This document shows positions 40,472-51,250 of a DNA stretch of 64,000 nucleotides, one piece after another. Location: assembly GCA_965248265.1 (NCBI GenBank), contig CBDFJF010000002.1, positions 1,376,001 to 1,440,000 of the forward strand, written 5' to 3'. Source of the stretch: Candidatus Latescibacterota bacterium (GTDB lineage: Bacteria > Latescibacterota > UBA2968 > UBA8231). How positions within the stretch are numbered: the stretch's first letter is position 1; each line of letters starts with the position of its first letter. The notes under the pieces are model-generated. The model saw only the letters and a program-made list of their open reading frames with translations. It was not told the origin of the DNA and made no database searches. Both the position numbers and the translations under genes were made by a program.

Positions 40472-41943
40472 GAGTCGGTATCCTCTCCCTGATTCACGAA
40501 TCCAACACCTTCGCGGTGACACCGACGACGATCGACATGTTTCGGCGGGACGAGCTGCTGATTGGTGATGACGTGTGCCGCGTCTATGAAGGCGGCCACA
40601 ATCAGGTCAGCGGTTTCCTGGAGCATCTGGAAGGGACCGGCATCGAGGCGGTGCCGATTTTTCACGCTTCGACGCCGCCGTCCGGGACGATCACGCGCGA
40701 CACTTGCGAAGAGCTGATTCGGTTGATGTTTACGGCTCTCGACCAAGCGGGCGAACTCGACGGCTACCTGGTGTCGCCGCACGGCGCCAACGCGGGAGAG
40801 GGTGACGACTATCGCGATCTGGACGGCTTTTGGTTGACTCGGTTGCGGGAGCGGGCGGGGGAGCGACCGATCATCTGTGTCATCGATCCGCACGCCAACC
40901 TGTCTTCGCGCATGGTCGAAGCATGTGATGCCACCATCGCCTATCGCTCCAATCCTCATTTGGATCAAAAGCAGCGTGGTGTGGAGGCGGCTATTCTCAT
41001 CGCGCGCACCCTGAAAGGCGATATTCGGCCGGTACAGCGGGCAGCTTTTCCGCCCTTCGGCATGAACATCGAGCGGCAGGGCACGACCGAGTGGCCATGC
41101 CTGCCGTTGTATCGGTTGGCAAACAGCCAGCTGGAGCAACCAGGTGTCTTGTCCAACAGCGTCGTGCTCGGCTTTCCTTACGGCGACGTCGAAGAGATGG
41201 GGTCAGCCGCGATCGTCGTGACGGACAACGAGCCCGAGTTGGCGCAACGGCTCGCCGACGAGATGGCCGCTTACATGGTAGAGCACCGCGACGAGTTCGT
41301 CGGCGAATACACCACGGTAGAGGAGGCCGTCGACCAGGCGGTGGCGCAAGCCGGTCCGGTATGTCTGCTGGACATGGGAGACAACGTCGGCGGGGGTTCA
41401 GCCGCCGACGGTACGCTGATCGCGCATGAAATTCACCGAAGGGGCAATACCAGCGCTCATGTCTGTCTGTACGATCCGGAGGTGCAGGACCAGGCGCGCC
41501 AGGCGGGAATCGGCGCGACGCTCGAGCTGTCGATGGGTGGCAAGACCGACGATCGACACGGCGAACCGTTGTGTGCGCTGGCAACAGTGAAGACTCTGCA
41601 CGACGGACAGTTCGAGGAGTCCGAAATTCGACACGGTGGCTACACCCATTTCGACATGGGTCCGACGGCCGTGGTGATGACGGAAAGCGGTCTCACCATC
41701 AGCTTGACGAGCCTGAGAACGGTGCCGGTAAGTTTGGGAATCGTCACGAGTGTGGGGCTCAATCCAACAGATTACCAGGTCTTGGTGGCCAAAGGAGTGC
41801 ATTCGCCGGTGGCAGCCTATCGGGAAGTGTGTACGGCTCTGATTCGGGTAAACACTCCGGGCGCCACGGCTGCCGATATGCGGAGGTTCGAGTACGAACA
41901 TCGCCGCCGGCCGCTGTACCCATTCGAGGAGATCGGTGACTGA
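40468..41943 (+). CDS. M81 family metallopeptidase (MlrC-like)
   Basis: HESNTF, PHGA, DPHAN, PHLD, D.GDNVGGG, RRPLYPFE. Confidence 0.9.
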   Translation: MRVGILSLIHESNTFAVTPTTIDMFRRDELLIGDDVCRVYEGGHNQVSGFLEHLEGTGIEAVPIFHASTPPSGTITRDTCEELIRLMFTALDQAGELDGYLVSPHGANAGEGDDYRDLDGFWLTRLRERAGERPIICVIDPHANLSSRMVEACDATIAYRSNPHLDQKQRGVEAAILIARTLKGDIRPVQRAAFPPFGMNIERQGTTEWPCLPLYRLANSQLEQPGVLSNSVVLGFPYGDVEEMGSAAIVVTDNEPELAQRLADEMAAYMVEHRDEFVGEYTTVEEAVDQAVAQAGPVCLLDMGDNVGGGSAADGTLIAHEIHRRGNTSAHVCLYDPEVQDQARQAGIGATLELSMGGKTDDRHGEPLCALATVKTLHDGQFEESEIRHGGYTHFDMGPTAVVMTESGLTISLTSLRTVPVSLGIVTSVGLNPTDYQVLVAKGVHSPVAAYREVCTALIRVNTPGATAADMRRFEYEHRRRPLYPFEEIGD

Positions 41944-42671
41944 CCAGACCCGTAGCGCTCATCCGCCCGTGACCGAGCTTGCTTTCATGGCAGCCAGGAA
42001 GGCCACATAGAAGCGACCTGCGGACTTATCGCACTGCGCCGTGGCCGACACCTGAGTGGCGATCGTCGGTCACAATCTCTCAGCCCCCTGCAACCAAGCC
42101 GGCTACTCATAAGCCTCCATGATCTCGGATATCTTGTTATACAGCTTTTCAGGTCCAGTGGCCCTAGGTGCAGGTTAGTTTGCCAGCCAGTTCCTTGACC
42201 TCAGCAACGGTGTTTTTTGATACTCGGCGATCACCTGGCTATCTTACTGACCAGGCGACGGCATGCCCGATGCCGTTGCTTGCGTAGTGAGTTCAACCGG
42301 ATGAAATTTTCCCGGTGACGTGGCGGGGCACTGACGGGAACACCACCCCTAGACAACCTACGATGGTAAAATCTGAAGTGGAAGTGGGCGGGTACATGGA
42401 CGATCGCGATATTGACTTCCTCGGACCTGCAGGAATTCCTGCATCCTGCACGCAGCCCTGACTGCGGACGATGTCAGGGAGCCTCGCGTCGTCGTTTACT
42501 GCTAGTGGCCCTCGTGGGTACCTTCCGCCACCCGTACCAACCATCACCTGAATTGTTCGAACGGCTGACTCCGGAGCGCCGACAAATCGTATGGCCGCAG
42601 AATACACTCCAGCGCCTGCCCAACAAAACCCCCGATCTTCACGGAATGCAATCCGCGGGGACGGTTTGAGC

Positions 42672-44909
42672 ATGCGGTTGCTTGTCGCGGTTGTGCTGAC
42701 ACTGAGCACCCAGGTCTCCGCCGCAGACATAAGCGGGTTCACGAGGGACGCCAGCAATGGCGAGAGTCTGCCCTACACCAACGTTTATCTCAAGGGAGAG
42801 AAGCGAGGCGCCAGCAGCAACGAGAGCGGCTACTACGTCATCGTCGGTGTGCCACCAGGGAAGTACACGCTGGTGGCTTCGTTGGTCGGCTACCGGACAT
42901 ACACAGAGGAACTTGTGGTCGCTGACGACAGCATTGTCCGGGATATCTCGCTGATCGAGCAGGCGCTGTTATTCGAAGGCAAGGTGATCAAGACGGAGGC
43001 CGAGGAGACTGATTTCGACATCAGTCCTGGCCGAACTTCCCTGCAGCCGCGTGAGCTCAAGGCGGCGCCCGCCGCCATCGAAGCCGATCCTATCCGCACC
43101 ATCCAGACATTGCCGGGGGTGGCAGCGCTATCGGATTTCTCGGTGGGTCTGTACGTCCGTGGGGGGACGCCGGATCAGAATCTGGTTCTCCTGGATGGTA
43201 CCGACGTTTATAACGCCTCCCACCTGTTTGGCCTCTTCAGCACCTTTCCGGCGGATGCTGCCAAGAGCACGGAGCTGATGAGGGGAGCCTATCCCGCCCG
43301 CTATGGCGGCCGCCTGTCGTCGGTTCTCAACATCATCACCGACGAGGGCAACAAGGAGGAGTTCGAGGCTACTGGGGGCGCCAGCCTGATGGCGTCGAGG
43401 CTGACGTTGCAGGGACCGGTCGGCCGTGGTTCATGGCTGGTTTCCGGCCGGCGCACGCATCTTGATCCATTGATCGCCATCGCCCGCGACGCCCTGGATG
43501 CCAAGCGCTTCGGCTACAACTTCTACGACCTGCAGGGCAAGACGCACCAGGTGTTGTCCCACTCCGATCAGTGGACGCTGGCTGCCTACACGGGCCAGGA
43601 CAACCTGGTCTATCGCTTTGACGAGTTCGATTTCGACCTGGAATGGGGCAATCGTACCATCAGCTCAAAGTGGACGCATCTGTTCGACAGCAACCTGTTC
43701 GGGTCATTTCTAGTAACCGGTAGTCGCTTCAAGGGGGCCACTGTCTTTGACAGCGAAGACGTGACGCTGACGGAGATCAATCGCCTCACCGACATCTCAA
43801 TGAAGGCGGACATCAACTACGTCCCCGATGAGAACCACACGGTGGAGGCAGGGGCGCTGATCAAGCGCATGTCCATGGACTATCAGTTCGGTGAGTCCAA
43901 TCAGATCTGGTACGATCTCGATGTGGAGGGATATCACAATTCCGTGTACGTGCAGGACAACTGGTCGGTCGATCGACAGCTGGTGCTACAGCCCGGCCTG
44001 CGCTTCAACCAGTTCTCCAATGGTGGCTACACTGGATGGTCCCCGAGGTTGGCGACGCGCTACCAGGTTGGCACGGAGACCTATCTCAAGGCCGCCGTCG
44101 GCCGCTATCACCAGTATATCTTCAGATTGACCAGAGAGTTTCAGGGGATTGCATTGTTGTCGAACGTATGGGCGCTGGCTGATTCAACGGCCGAGCCCAG
44201 CGCTGCCATGCACTATGTTACTGGAGTCGAGACGCGGTGGAAAAAGTTGGACGTGGATGTAGAGGCCTACTACAAAGACTACGACAACCTCTACGAGATC
44301 AACTACGACGAACAGCAGTCGACGAAAATCGGGGATATTCTGCGCCGGGGGCCGGGGCGCGCCTACGGACTCGATCTGCTATTACGCAAGCGCTCCGGAC
44401 GGCACACGGGATGGCTGGCGTTTTCGACCGGTTTGAGCGAACGCACGATAGATGGGCTCAAACTGGATGAGTCGCTGCAGCCACAGCCATTCAACTCCAA
44501 GTTCGACCGGCGGGTGAGTCTCAACATCATTCACTCCATGCGCTTCCGCCAGCGTTGGAGCCTGAACTCCCGTGTCGCCTATGCCTGGGGACAACCCTAC
44601 ACCCAGGTGCTGGGGCGGGGTGAGATCACCCTGCCCTCGGGGATGCGCTGGTCCTTCCAGGAAAAGGGGGAGCTCAACGCGGTGCGTCTACCGTCCTATC
44701 AACGTATCGACCTGGCGCTACAACGTCGCTTCGAGTTCAAGAACTGGGACATGAATGTCAATCTGCAGATCATCAACGTGACCAATCACAAAAACATCTT
44801 CAACTACTTTTGGTCAGAGGGGAAACCGCACAGTCAGACGCCGGCCAAGCGGCGTAAAATCAGCATGCTGCCCATACTGCCGAGCTTCGGCATTGATTTC
44901 AGTTTCTGA
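42672..44909 (+). CDS. TonB-dependent receptor with an N-terminal carboxypeptidase-regulatory-like domain
   Basis: Signal peptide MRLLVAVV; LPGV, VRGG.PDQNLVLLDG..VYN.SHLFG.FS, YGGRLSSV, terminal Phe. Confidence 0.9.
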   Translation: MRLLVAVVLTLSTQVSAADISGFTRDASNGESLPYTNVYLKGEKRGASSNESGYYVIVGVPPGKYTLVASLVGYRTYTEELVVADDSIVRDISLIEQALLFEGKVIKTEAEETDFDISPGRTSLQPRELKAAPAAIEADPIRTIQTLPGVAALSDFSVGLYVRGGTPDQNLVLLDGTDVYNASHLFGLFSTFPADAAKSTELMRGAYPARYGGRLSSVLNIITDEGNKEEFEATGGASLMASRLTLQGPVGRGSWLVSGRRTHLDPLIAIARDALDAKRFGYNFYDLQGKTHQVLSHSDQWTLAAYTGQDNLVYRFDEFDFDLEWGNRTISSKWTHLFDSNLFGSFLVTGSRFKGATVFDSEDVTLTEINRLTDISMKADINYVPDENHTVEAGALIKRMSMDYQFGESNQIWYDLDVEGYHNSVYVQDNWSVDRQLVLQPGLRFNQFSNGGYTGWSPRLATRYQVGTETYLKAAVGRYHQYIFRLTREFQGIALLSNVWALADSTAEPSAAMHYVTGVETRWKKLDVDVEAYYKDYDNLYEINYDEQQSTKIGDILRRGPGRAYGLDLLLRKRSGRHTGWLAFSTGLSERTIDGLKLDESLQPQPFNSKFDRRVSLNIIHSMRFRQRWSLNSRVAYAWGQPYTQVLGRGEITLPSGMRWSFQEKGELNAVRLPSYQRIDLALQRRFEFKNWDMNVNLQIINVTNHKNIFNYFWSEGKPHSQTPAKRRKISMLPILPSFGIDFSF

Positions 44910-44913
44910 GGCC

Positions 44914-45993
44914 ATGAAAATGCGAGTGTCCGTCTACGTGCTTCTAGCAGGAGTCATCGCCCTTTCGGGTGGATGCAGCTCCCCAGTCGAGGTCGATAAT
45001 CCGGAGCAGATTCTGCTCATCCAGGCTTTTCTGACTCCCGGCGAAGATGTCGTCGTCGACGTGCAGACGACCCTTCCATCACGCACTTACTACGAGGGCT
45101 TCGAGAATCCGGTGAGCGGTGCCACCGTCGTCGTAAACACCGAAGCGACAGAGGTCGAGCTGGGAGAGGATCCTGATGCGGCCGGCCACTACACCGCCAC
45201 GGCACAGAGTCTACCCGTCGTGGAGGGTGAGACCTATCACCTGGAGGTGACCCACGAAGACCGCGTCGCCCGGGCGAGCACGACGGTGCCGGTGAAATCC
45301 CTGGTCACCGAGGTGGTTGGCGATACCATCACCTACTTCCAGCGTTACGGGGACCTCTTTGGCGAACTCAGTCATCCGGGAGAGTTTTACTGGACGAAGA
45401 GTCCGACAGCCGCCGGTTATGTCGTGATCGTAGAGGCCCTCGGGGTTTCTTCCTTACCGGTCACTGCCGATCCTCTGACTGGAGAGCTCGACCGACTTCT
45501 GGATTTGCGGGAGAGTCTGGAGGGTCAGGTGGATGCCGATTCTTTGGAAGTGCTGGAGCGGCAGATCACCGACCTGCGGGATTACTTCGACGAGAACATC
45601 ACTCTGGTCAACGACGCCGGTGACACCACGCGATTCCTGCGCGAACGCGAGCAACAGGATTGGATCGAGCAGGAGGAGGAGGACTGGACCGAGGGCAAGC
45701 TGTGGCGCGAGAAACGGTCGGACCTCCACAACGGCCGGGTCCTCGACTACTGGATGCCGGCCGACTCGACACGCAGTGACTTCTGGTGGCTGGGTGTGCG
45801 TTTCGACGGGGATTACCGAGTCACGCTGCAATCGGTCGACGAGAACTATTTCGACTACTACACGACCTTGTTCAATGGTAATACAGGCGCTGACGCTGAC
45901 TTCGGTCCCATCTTTCACGTTGACGGCGGCACCGGCGTCTTCGGTAGCTACACCAGCGACAGTTTTCGGGTGTTTTCGCGCCGCGGCGACTGA
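44914..45993 (+). CDS. DUF4249-like lipoprotein
   Basis: Lipobox SGGC; VSGATVVV, GETYHLEV, V.GG.GVFGS; directly follows the TonB receptor. Confidence 0.75.
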   Translation: MKMRVSVYVLLAGVIALSGGCSSPVEVDNPEQILLIQAFLTPGEDVVVDVQTTLPSRTYYEGFENPVSGATVVVNTEATEVELGEDPDAAGHYTATAQSLPVVEGETYHLEVTHEDRVARASTTVPVKSLVTEVVGDTITYFQRYGDLFGELSHPGEFYWTKSPTAAGYVVIVEALGVSSLPVTADPLTGELDRLLDLRESLEGQVDADSLEVLERQITDLRDYFDENITLVNDAGDTTRFLREREQQDWIEQEEEDWTEGKLWREKRSDLHNGRVLDYWMPADSTRSDFWWLGVRFDGDYRVTLQSVDENYFDYYTTLFNGNTGADADFGPIFHVDGGTGVFGSYTSDSFRVFSRRGD

Positions 45994-46070
45994 GTGTTCG
46001 ACCAGCGTTCCGGCCTCGGGGCTTACCAGAGTACTGGCGGACATCGCCCCGAACGCGGGGCGTCCTCTCG

Positions 46071-47000
46071 ATGACTCCTCAAACCCGCTACAGCCTCTAC
46101 GCTGTGGCTTCCGCCCTGTTCGCAGCCATGGCCATTGTCATGACCGAGGTCGCGATGCGATTCTACGCTCTGTCACCCCTGTTGGTCGCCCTGTATTCGA
46201 GCGTCATCGGCGGTCTGCTGCTGATCACGCCGATGGCAAGGCACGGGATGAGTTTTTTCCGCTGCTGGCCCAGGGGCGACTGGGTGCGATTCACCGTCGG
46301 CTCATTGCTGGTGTTCGTCGTGGGTATGGTGCTGGTCTTTCTGGCGATCGATCTGATAGGCTCGAGCAAGAGCGCCATGATCAGTCGCTTGGAGTCGCTC
46401 TTCGTCGTCGCTCTGGCGGTGGTGATCCTGGGAGAGCAATGGACGCGCCGCCGATGGGTTGCCAGCGCCATCACGCTGGCCGGTACTCTCCTGGTCAATT
46501 TCGATTCCGAAGCGCTGGAACTGACGTTGGGTACCGGCGAATGGCTGAACGTGGGTGCGGCCTTCGCATTCGCCAGCGGTATCATCATCATAAAGCCCAT
46601 ACTGGACCGGCACGACATCCTGCTGCTTGCAGGCAGTGCCATGTTGCTGGGGGCCCTGGTCCTGGTGCCGATATGCGCCTATTTGGACGCCTGGTCCGGG
46701 AGCTTCGACAGCACGAGTGTCGAGACCCATGGCCCCGGTTGGCTGTCTCTGGCGCTGTTGATATTGATGAGTCTGCTGCGGGCGTTGTCGTGGTCGACCT
46801 ATTACATCGCCATGCGACACATCGGCGCCGCGCGCTGCTCGATCTTCTTTCTGACGAGCGTTGTCTTTATAGTGGTTCTGCAGATCAGCCTCGATGCCAT
46901 CGCCCCCGGCCTGGGTCTGCAGGTTCCACAGAATTTGGTGCCGGCTCTGGGCGGAGGTGCACTCATCGTGCTGGGGATTGTTCTGTTGCAGCGATCCTGA
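46071..47000 (+). CDS. DMT/EamA family transporter
   Basis: About 10 TM helices in two repeats; ILGE motif. Confidence 0.8.
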   Translation: MTPQTRYSLYAVASALFAAMAIVMTEVAMRFYALSPLLVALYSSVIGGLLLITPMARHGMSFFRCWPRGDWVRFTVGSLLVFVVGMVLVFLAIDLIGSSKSAMISRLESLFVVALAVVILGEQWTRRRWVASAITLAGTLLVNFDSEALELTLGTGEWLNVGAAFAFASGIIIIKPILDRHDILLLAGSAMLLGALVLVPICAYLDAWSGSFDSTSVETHGPGWLSLALLILMSLLRALSWSTYYIAMRHIGAARCSIFFLTSVVFIVVLQISLDAIAPGLGLQVPQNLVPALGGGALIVLGIVLLQRS

Positions 47001-47026
47001 GGGCTTGTGGAGTGTAGCGCTCGACA

Positions 47027-47053
47027 TCAATTTGACTATATTAGTCATATTGA
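47027..47053. promoter_or_regulatory. Palindromic operator of toxin-antitoxin module 1
   Basis: TCAATTTGACTA-TAT-TAGTCATATTGA (11/12) upstream of the antitoxin. Confidence 0.7.
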
Positions 47054-47095
47054 AATGACCTGATGTCCTGTTGGCGTCAACTGAGGGGGATTGAG

Positions 47096-47389
47096 ATGGA
47101 GCATGCAGGAATCGCCGAGTTGAAAGCACGACTCAGCGGTTATCTCAAAAAGGTCCGCGCTGGAGAGGAAGTGCTGATCACCGACCGCGGCCAACCGGTG
47201 GCCAAGTTGGCTCCAGTGGCGAGTCATAGCCCCGATGTGCCTGGTCACTTAAAGGAGATGGAACGCCAGGGACTGGTGAAGATCGGGACAGGCAGGATCC
47301 CTGACGAGTTGCCCAAGCGACCACGCATTTCCGGGAGCTATTCAGCCGTTCAGGCGGTGACCGATGAACGCGGCGAAGATTTCAGGTGA
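47096..47389 (+). CDS. Phd/YefM family antitoxin
   Basis: IAELKARLS.YL..V.AGEEVLITDRG.PVAKL. Confidence 0.9.
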   Translation: MEHAGIAELKARLSGYLKKVRAGEEVLITDRGQPVAKLAPVASHSPDVPGHLKEMERQGLVKIGTGRIPDELPKRPRISGSYSAVQAVTDERGEDFR

Positions 47390-47823
47390 GATTCTGGGAC
47401 AGCTCCGCCTTTGTGTGTGTTTGTGTGGAGCAATCGGGTGTCGTTGATCTACAGCCGCTGTTGGAAGCCGATAGTGAGATCGCCGTCTGGTGGGGAACGC
47501 AGGTTGAGTGCTGCTCGGCATTCGCCAGGCTGCGCCGCATGGGAGCACTTACCGTCGACGGAGAGCGTCAAGCTCGCGATCGAGTCGCCAGCTTTTTGGA
47601 TTCGTGGACGGATGTGCTGCCGAGCAATTCCCTGCGTCGTCGGGCGGTTCGACTCATCGCCACACACGATCTGCGAGCAGCTGACTCGCTGCAACTTGCG
47701 GCCGCTCTGACATGGGCAGGTCAGGATCCGGATGGAAGCGAGTTCGTCTGCCTGGATCAACGATTGACACAGGCGGCCCAAGCTGAGGGGTTTACTGTTT
47801 TGCCGGCAGATACCGAGTCATGA
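47386..47823 (+). CDS. vapC: VapC PIN-domain toxin
   Basis: FWDSSA, E..SA..R, LRAADSLQLAAA, LDQRL..AA..EG; GTGA overlap with the antitoxin. Confidence 0.9.
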   Translation: MRFWDSSAFVCVCVEQSGVVDLQPLLEADSEIAVWWGTQVECCSAFARLRRMGALTVDGERQARDRVASFLDSWTDVLPSNSLRRRAVRLIATHDLRAADSLQLAAALTWAGQDPDGSEFVCLDQRLTQAAQAEGFTVLPADTES

Positions 47824-49430
47824 GTATCCCGAAGCTGACCGGACAACTGGAGTACTTCCACTCAGGCATCGATGGCGCCGAGGCGCCGTGTGCCGTGTGC
47901 GCGACCGATACCACGGACGAGCCCAAGCCGCTGATCGTCGAAGTCAGTCCGGGTGCCATGAAGAACCTTGCCGGCTGCGTCACGCAGGTTGAGGACATGG
48001 CGCGCGTGGCCAGCGAGCATGGTCTCTCCTGTGTCGCACTGAGAGCTACTGGTCGTGGCAGCGGCAGTGTCTATCAGGACTACGGCGAGGTCGACGTCTT
48101 CGAAGCGATTGAGCATGTGAAGGAGCACTATGCCATCGACGAGGACCGCATATCCGTAACGGGTGCTTCTATGGGGGGAGCTGCGACCTGGTACCTGATC
48201 TCGCATTATCCCGATGTGTTCGCGGCCGCGGCGCCCTACTGCGGTTACTGTGACTATCGCCTGTGGGAGAAACCCGGAGGGTCCACCTTTCACATGCACG
48301 AGTGGGAGGAGGCGTCGTGGCGCGCCCGCTCAGCTGTTTTTCTGGTCGAGAATCTCGCCTACACGAAGGTGTGGATGGTGCATGGCGAGTGGGACCGTGG
48401 GGTTGGCGGGGGCGTACCGGTGGAGCACTCGCGACAAATGGTCCGACTGTTCGAGGAGGCCGGATATGACTTTCGCTACACGGAAGTACCGGTGACCGGT
48501 CACAGCTGTCAGAAACCGGAGATCGTCGACGAGGTCATACCCTGGCTGCTGCAGCAACGGAAAGAGCGAGATCAAAAACGGGTGATACACTCTGCTTTCA
48601 CGTTGCGGCACAACCGTTCGAGTTGGGTGACGATCGAGCAATTTCAATCATACGACTGCAAAAGCACTGTCGACGCATGGGTGGATGACGGCAAGCTTGT
48701 GGTGACGACGGAGAACGTCACCAGCTTTTCGGTGGCGCCAACAGTCGCTGCACTGCTTTCTTCGGGGTCTGGTGGCGTCACGGTTGATGGGCAGGCGATT
48801 GTGGGCGGGCACATCAACAGAGGGGCCGGGTTTTTCACCCGAGGCGCCGATGGCAGTTGGCGACACGGCCGCTCGAGTGGCAAACGCCACGCCGGGTGCG
48901 GTCCGATCGGCGATCTCTTCCATGACGGGACCTTGCTGGTGCCGGGAACATCGGGGACGAGCTTTGAGACGCACGTGACACGGGAGATCGCCGCTGGCGC
49001 CGCAAAATTTTACCGCAGCCGCAACGGCGGAGTGCATCGAGGAGGCATTCCCGGAGACAACGAAGTCGAGTTGCGCGTCTGTGATGACGCCGATCTGACT
49101 GACGAAGAGCGCCGGAGACACAATCTGCTTCTCTATGGAACGCACTCGTCGAACCGGGTGCTGGAGGAGTACGGGAAAGCGATCCCGATCGTGTTCGAGG
49201 AGCATTGTATCAACATCTGTGGCAAGGAGTTCAAGGGTGAATCAGTCGGCGCCATCGCTATCTTTCCGCATCCAGAGCACGATCAGCGCTACGTTGCCGT
49301 GCACGGGGGAACGACGGAGGACGCCATTTGCTGGGGCAGTCACCTCGACATGGCGCTGCTTCCCGACTACCTCGTCTACGCCAAGGGCGAGGTGATCGAA
49401 TGGGGTTTCTGGAACAGCGAATGGAGGTAA
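47820..49430 (+). CDS. Alpha/beta hydrolase (S9/esterase-like) with a C-terminal extension
   Basis: GE.DV.EAI, IDEDRI..TGASMGG, HGEWD, GH, LPDY. Confidence 0.8.
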   Translation: MSIPKLTGQLEYFHSGIDGAEAPCAVCATDTTDEPKPLIVEVSPGAMKNLAGCVTQVEDMARVASEHGLSCVALRATGRGSGSVYQDYGEVDVFEAIEHVKEHYAIDEDRISVTGASMGGAATWYLISHYPDVFAAAAPYCGYCDYRLWEKPGGSTFHMHEWEEASWRARSAVFLVENLAYTKVWMVHGEWDRGVGGGVPVEHSRQMVRLFEEAGYDFRYTEVPVTGHSCQKPEIVDEVIPWLLQQRKERDQKRVIHSAFTLRHNRSSWVTIEQFQSYDCKSTVDAWVDDGKLVVTTENVTSFSVAPTVAALLSSGSGGVTVDGQAIVGGHINRGAGFFTRGADGSWRHGRSSGKRHAGCGPIGDLFHDGTLLVPGTSGTSFETHVTREIAAGAAKFYRSRNGGVHRGGIPGDNEVELRVCDDADLTDEERRRHNLLLYGTHSSNRVLEEYGKAIPIVFEEHCINICGKEFKGESVGAIAIFPHPEHDQRYVAVHGGTTEDAICWGSHLDMALLPDYLVYAKGEVIEWGFWNSEWR

Positions 49431-49478
49431 GAAAACAGAGATCGTTCCCGCACGGCCTGCAGCGAAGCGACGTGCCGT

Positions 49479-51230
49479 TTACTCGATGGGTACAATCGGC
49501 AAAATGATGTGAGAAGGGTGTTCAGCGTCATGATAGATGGTCTGGTTGGCTACCCGTAATTCCGTATCCACGCCGAACGCATTGCCGGTATTCGGGTTGC
49601 GGTCAAACTGGGGGAAGTTGCTGCTCGAGACTTCCAACCGAATGCGATGCCCCTTCAGGAACCGGTTGCTCGTGGACCACAGATCGATGGCGTACTCGTA
49701 GACTTTGCCGGGTTCGAGCAACCTCGGCTGCTCCCATGAGTCGCGGTATCTAGCACGGATAATCCCCTGCGCGACATTTATCGCCCGCTTGTCTGGAAAT
49801 ACATCCACCAGCTTCGCAGTGAAATCCGTGTCCTTGGCGTCCGAAGAGGCGTACAGCACCATCGAGACCGGACCGGTGACTTCGACATCTGTTTCGAGAG
49901 CTGGCGAGTCGTAGACGAGGACATCAGGCCGCCATTCGACAGGCTGCTGGTCGCGTGGTCCCATCGGGATGGGAGTAATATCCTCGCCGCAGCAGGTGCT
50001 GCCGCCCAATGTCATAACCGGGTTGTCCGGATCGTATGAGTAGTGGTCCGGATTTTCTGATGCCGGCTCAGTCGTATCGAGCACGCCGTCGCCGAACAAT
50101 GAATTGGCATGGCCTCGACTGTGCAGGTAATACGGGACATACGCAGTGTCAGGGAGCGGCCATTGTGACGAGGTACGCCATTCGTTGGCTCCCATGATGA
50201 ACACTCTGACAGCAGGCTCATCCCCAATACCGTTGTCGATTCCCTTGAGCCAGTAGTCGAACCAACGAAGAGACTCGCTGCGCAGGCCCACCAGGGCGTG
50301 CTCTGTGAAGTCCATGTCGCCTGTCATGGTTTGAGTGCCGTGCGCTCCCAGATCGTGTATCCAGGGGCCGATGATCACTTTCTGGTTGCTCTTGCCTGGC
50401 TCTCGTCCATCTGTGCTCACACCCATGAAATTGTTGAGCGTGCCCTGCAGGAATACATCGAACCATCCTCCCATCCCGTAGATGGGGACTTCAATCTCCG
50501 CATAGCACTCCTCGACCGGCTGCATACTCTTCCAATACTCGTCGTAACTGGGGTGGTCGACCCAATCCTTCCATATTCTGTTGTCGCGCCCGGCTGCTTC
50601 ATCCATCGTTCGCAGCGGCAGGTGCCAATGCAGATCGGAAAGGTGATTGCCCTCAGGAAACCACAGATACTGTGTCTGCATTGTGCGAGTGTGCATCTGT
50701 ATGGCCGTCCATCGAAGGTTGAAGCCAAGCTGGAACGCACCGCCCGTATAAGCCCAGTTGTGGTAGGTGTTCGAGTAGCCGACCCGCGGAATCAACGCCT
50801 TCAGGTACTTGCTGCGCTTCGGTGCGGCTTGCAGTTGGACCAACGCCAGATACGAATTGCCCTGCATGCCGACGTTTCCATCGCACCAGGGTTGAACGCC
50901 CAGCCACTCGTGCGTATCGAATCCGTCGTCAGCCTCGTGCCTGAAGGGGTACCATTCTCCTTCAGAGTCATAGCGCCCGCGCACATCCTGAATAGCGACG
51001 GCATAACCACGAGACGCAAAGTAGAAGGCCTGCTCAACTTCTCCTTCATTGTTGTTGTCGTAGGGTGTTCTGACCAGTATCGCGGGAATCGGATGATCTA
51101 CATCGGGCAAAAAGATGTCGGTAGAAAGGGCTACGCCATCTCTCATGGACACTTTGACATCGCAGTCCATCCGCACTTTGTGTAGCGGCCGTGACGCTTC
51201 TGCTTTTCCTTGAGCCATTGTCGTCTCCAC
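49479..51230 (-). CDS. CocE/NonD family hydrolase
   Basis: MRDGV.L, RTPY, QDVRGR..SEG, GNSY, GPW.H, SSSNFPQFDRN.NTG; start may be 51218. Confidence 0.92.
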   Translation of the reverse strand: METTMAQGKAEASRPLHKVRMDCDVKVSMRDGVALSTDIFLPDVDHPIPAILVRTPYDNNNEGEVEQAFYFASRGYAVAIQDVRGRYDSEGEWYPFRHEADDGFDTHEWLGVQPWCDGNVGMQGNSYLALVQLQAAPKRSKYLKALIPRVGYSNTYHNWAYTGGAFQLGFNLRWTAIQMHTRTMQTQYLWFPEGNHLSDLHWHLPLRTMDEAAGRDNRIWKDWVDHPSYDEYWKSMQPVEECYAEIEVPIYGMGGWFDVFLQGTLNNFMGVSTDGREPGKSNQKVIIGPWIHDLGAHGTQTMTGDMDFTEHALVGLRSESLRWFDYWLKGIDNGIGDEPAVRVFIMGANEWRTSSQWPLPDTAYVPYYLHSRGHANSLFGDGVLDTTEPASENPDHYSYDPDNPVMTLGGSTCCGEDITPIPMGPRDQQPVEWRPDVLVYDSPALETDVEVTGPVSMVLYASSDAKDTDFTAKLVDVFPDKRAINVAQGIIRARYRDSWEQPRLLEPGKVYEYAIDLWSTSNRFLKGHRIRLEVSSSNFPQFDRNPNTGNAFGVDTELRVANQTIYHDAEHPSHIILPIVPIE

Positions 51231-51250
51231 GAAAACAACGCCTGACCAGT

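Noticed and set aside
41950-42660. Cobalamin or other riboswitch upstream of the TonB receptor
   Set aside because: Hairpins exist (TGCAGGAATTCCTGCA, CCCTGAC/GTCAGGG) but no recognisable aptamer core; part of the region may be a decayed gene fragment
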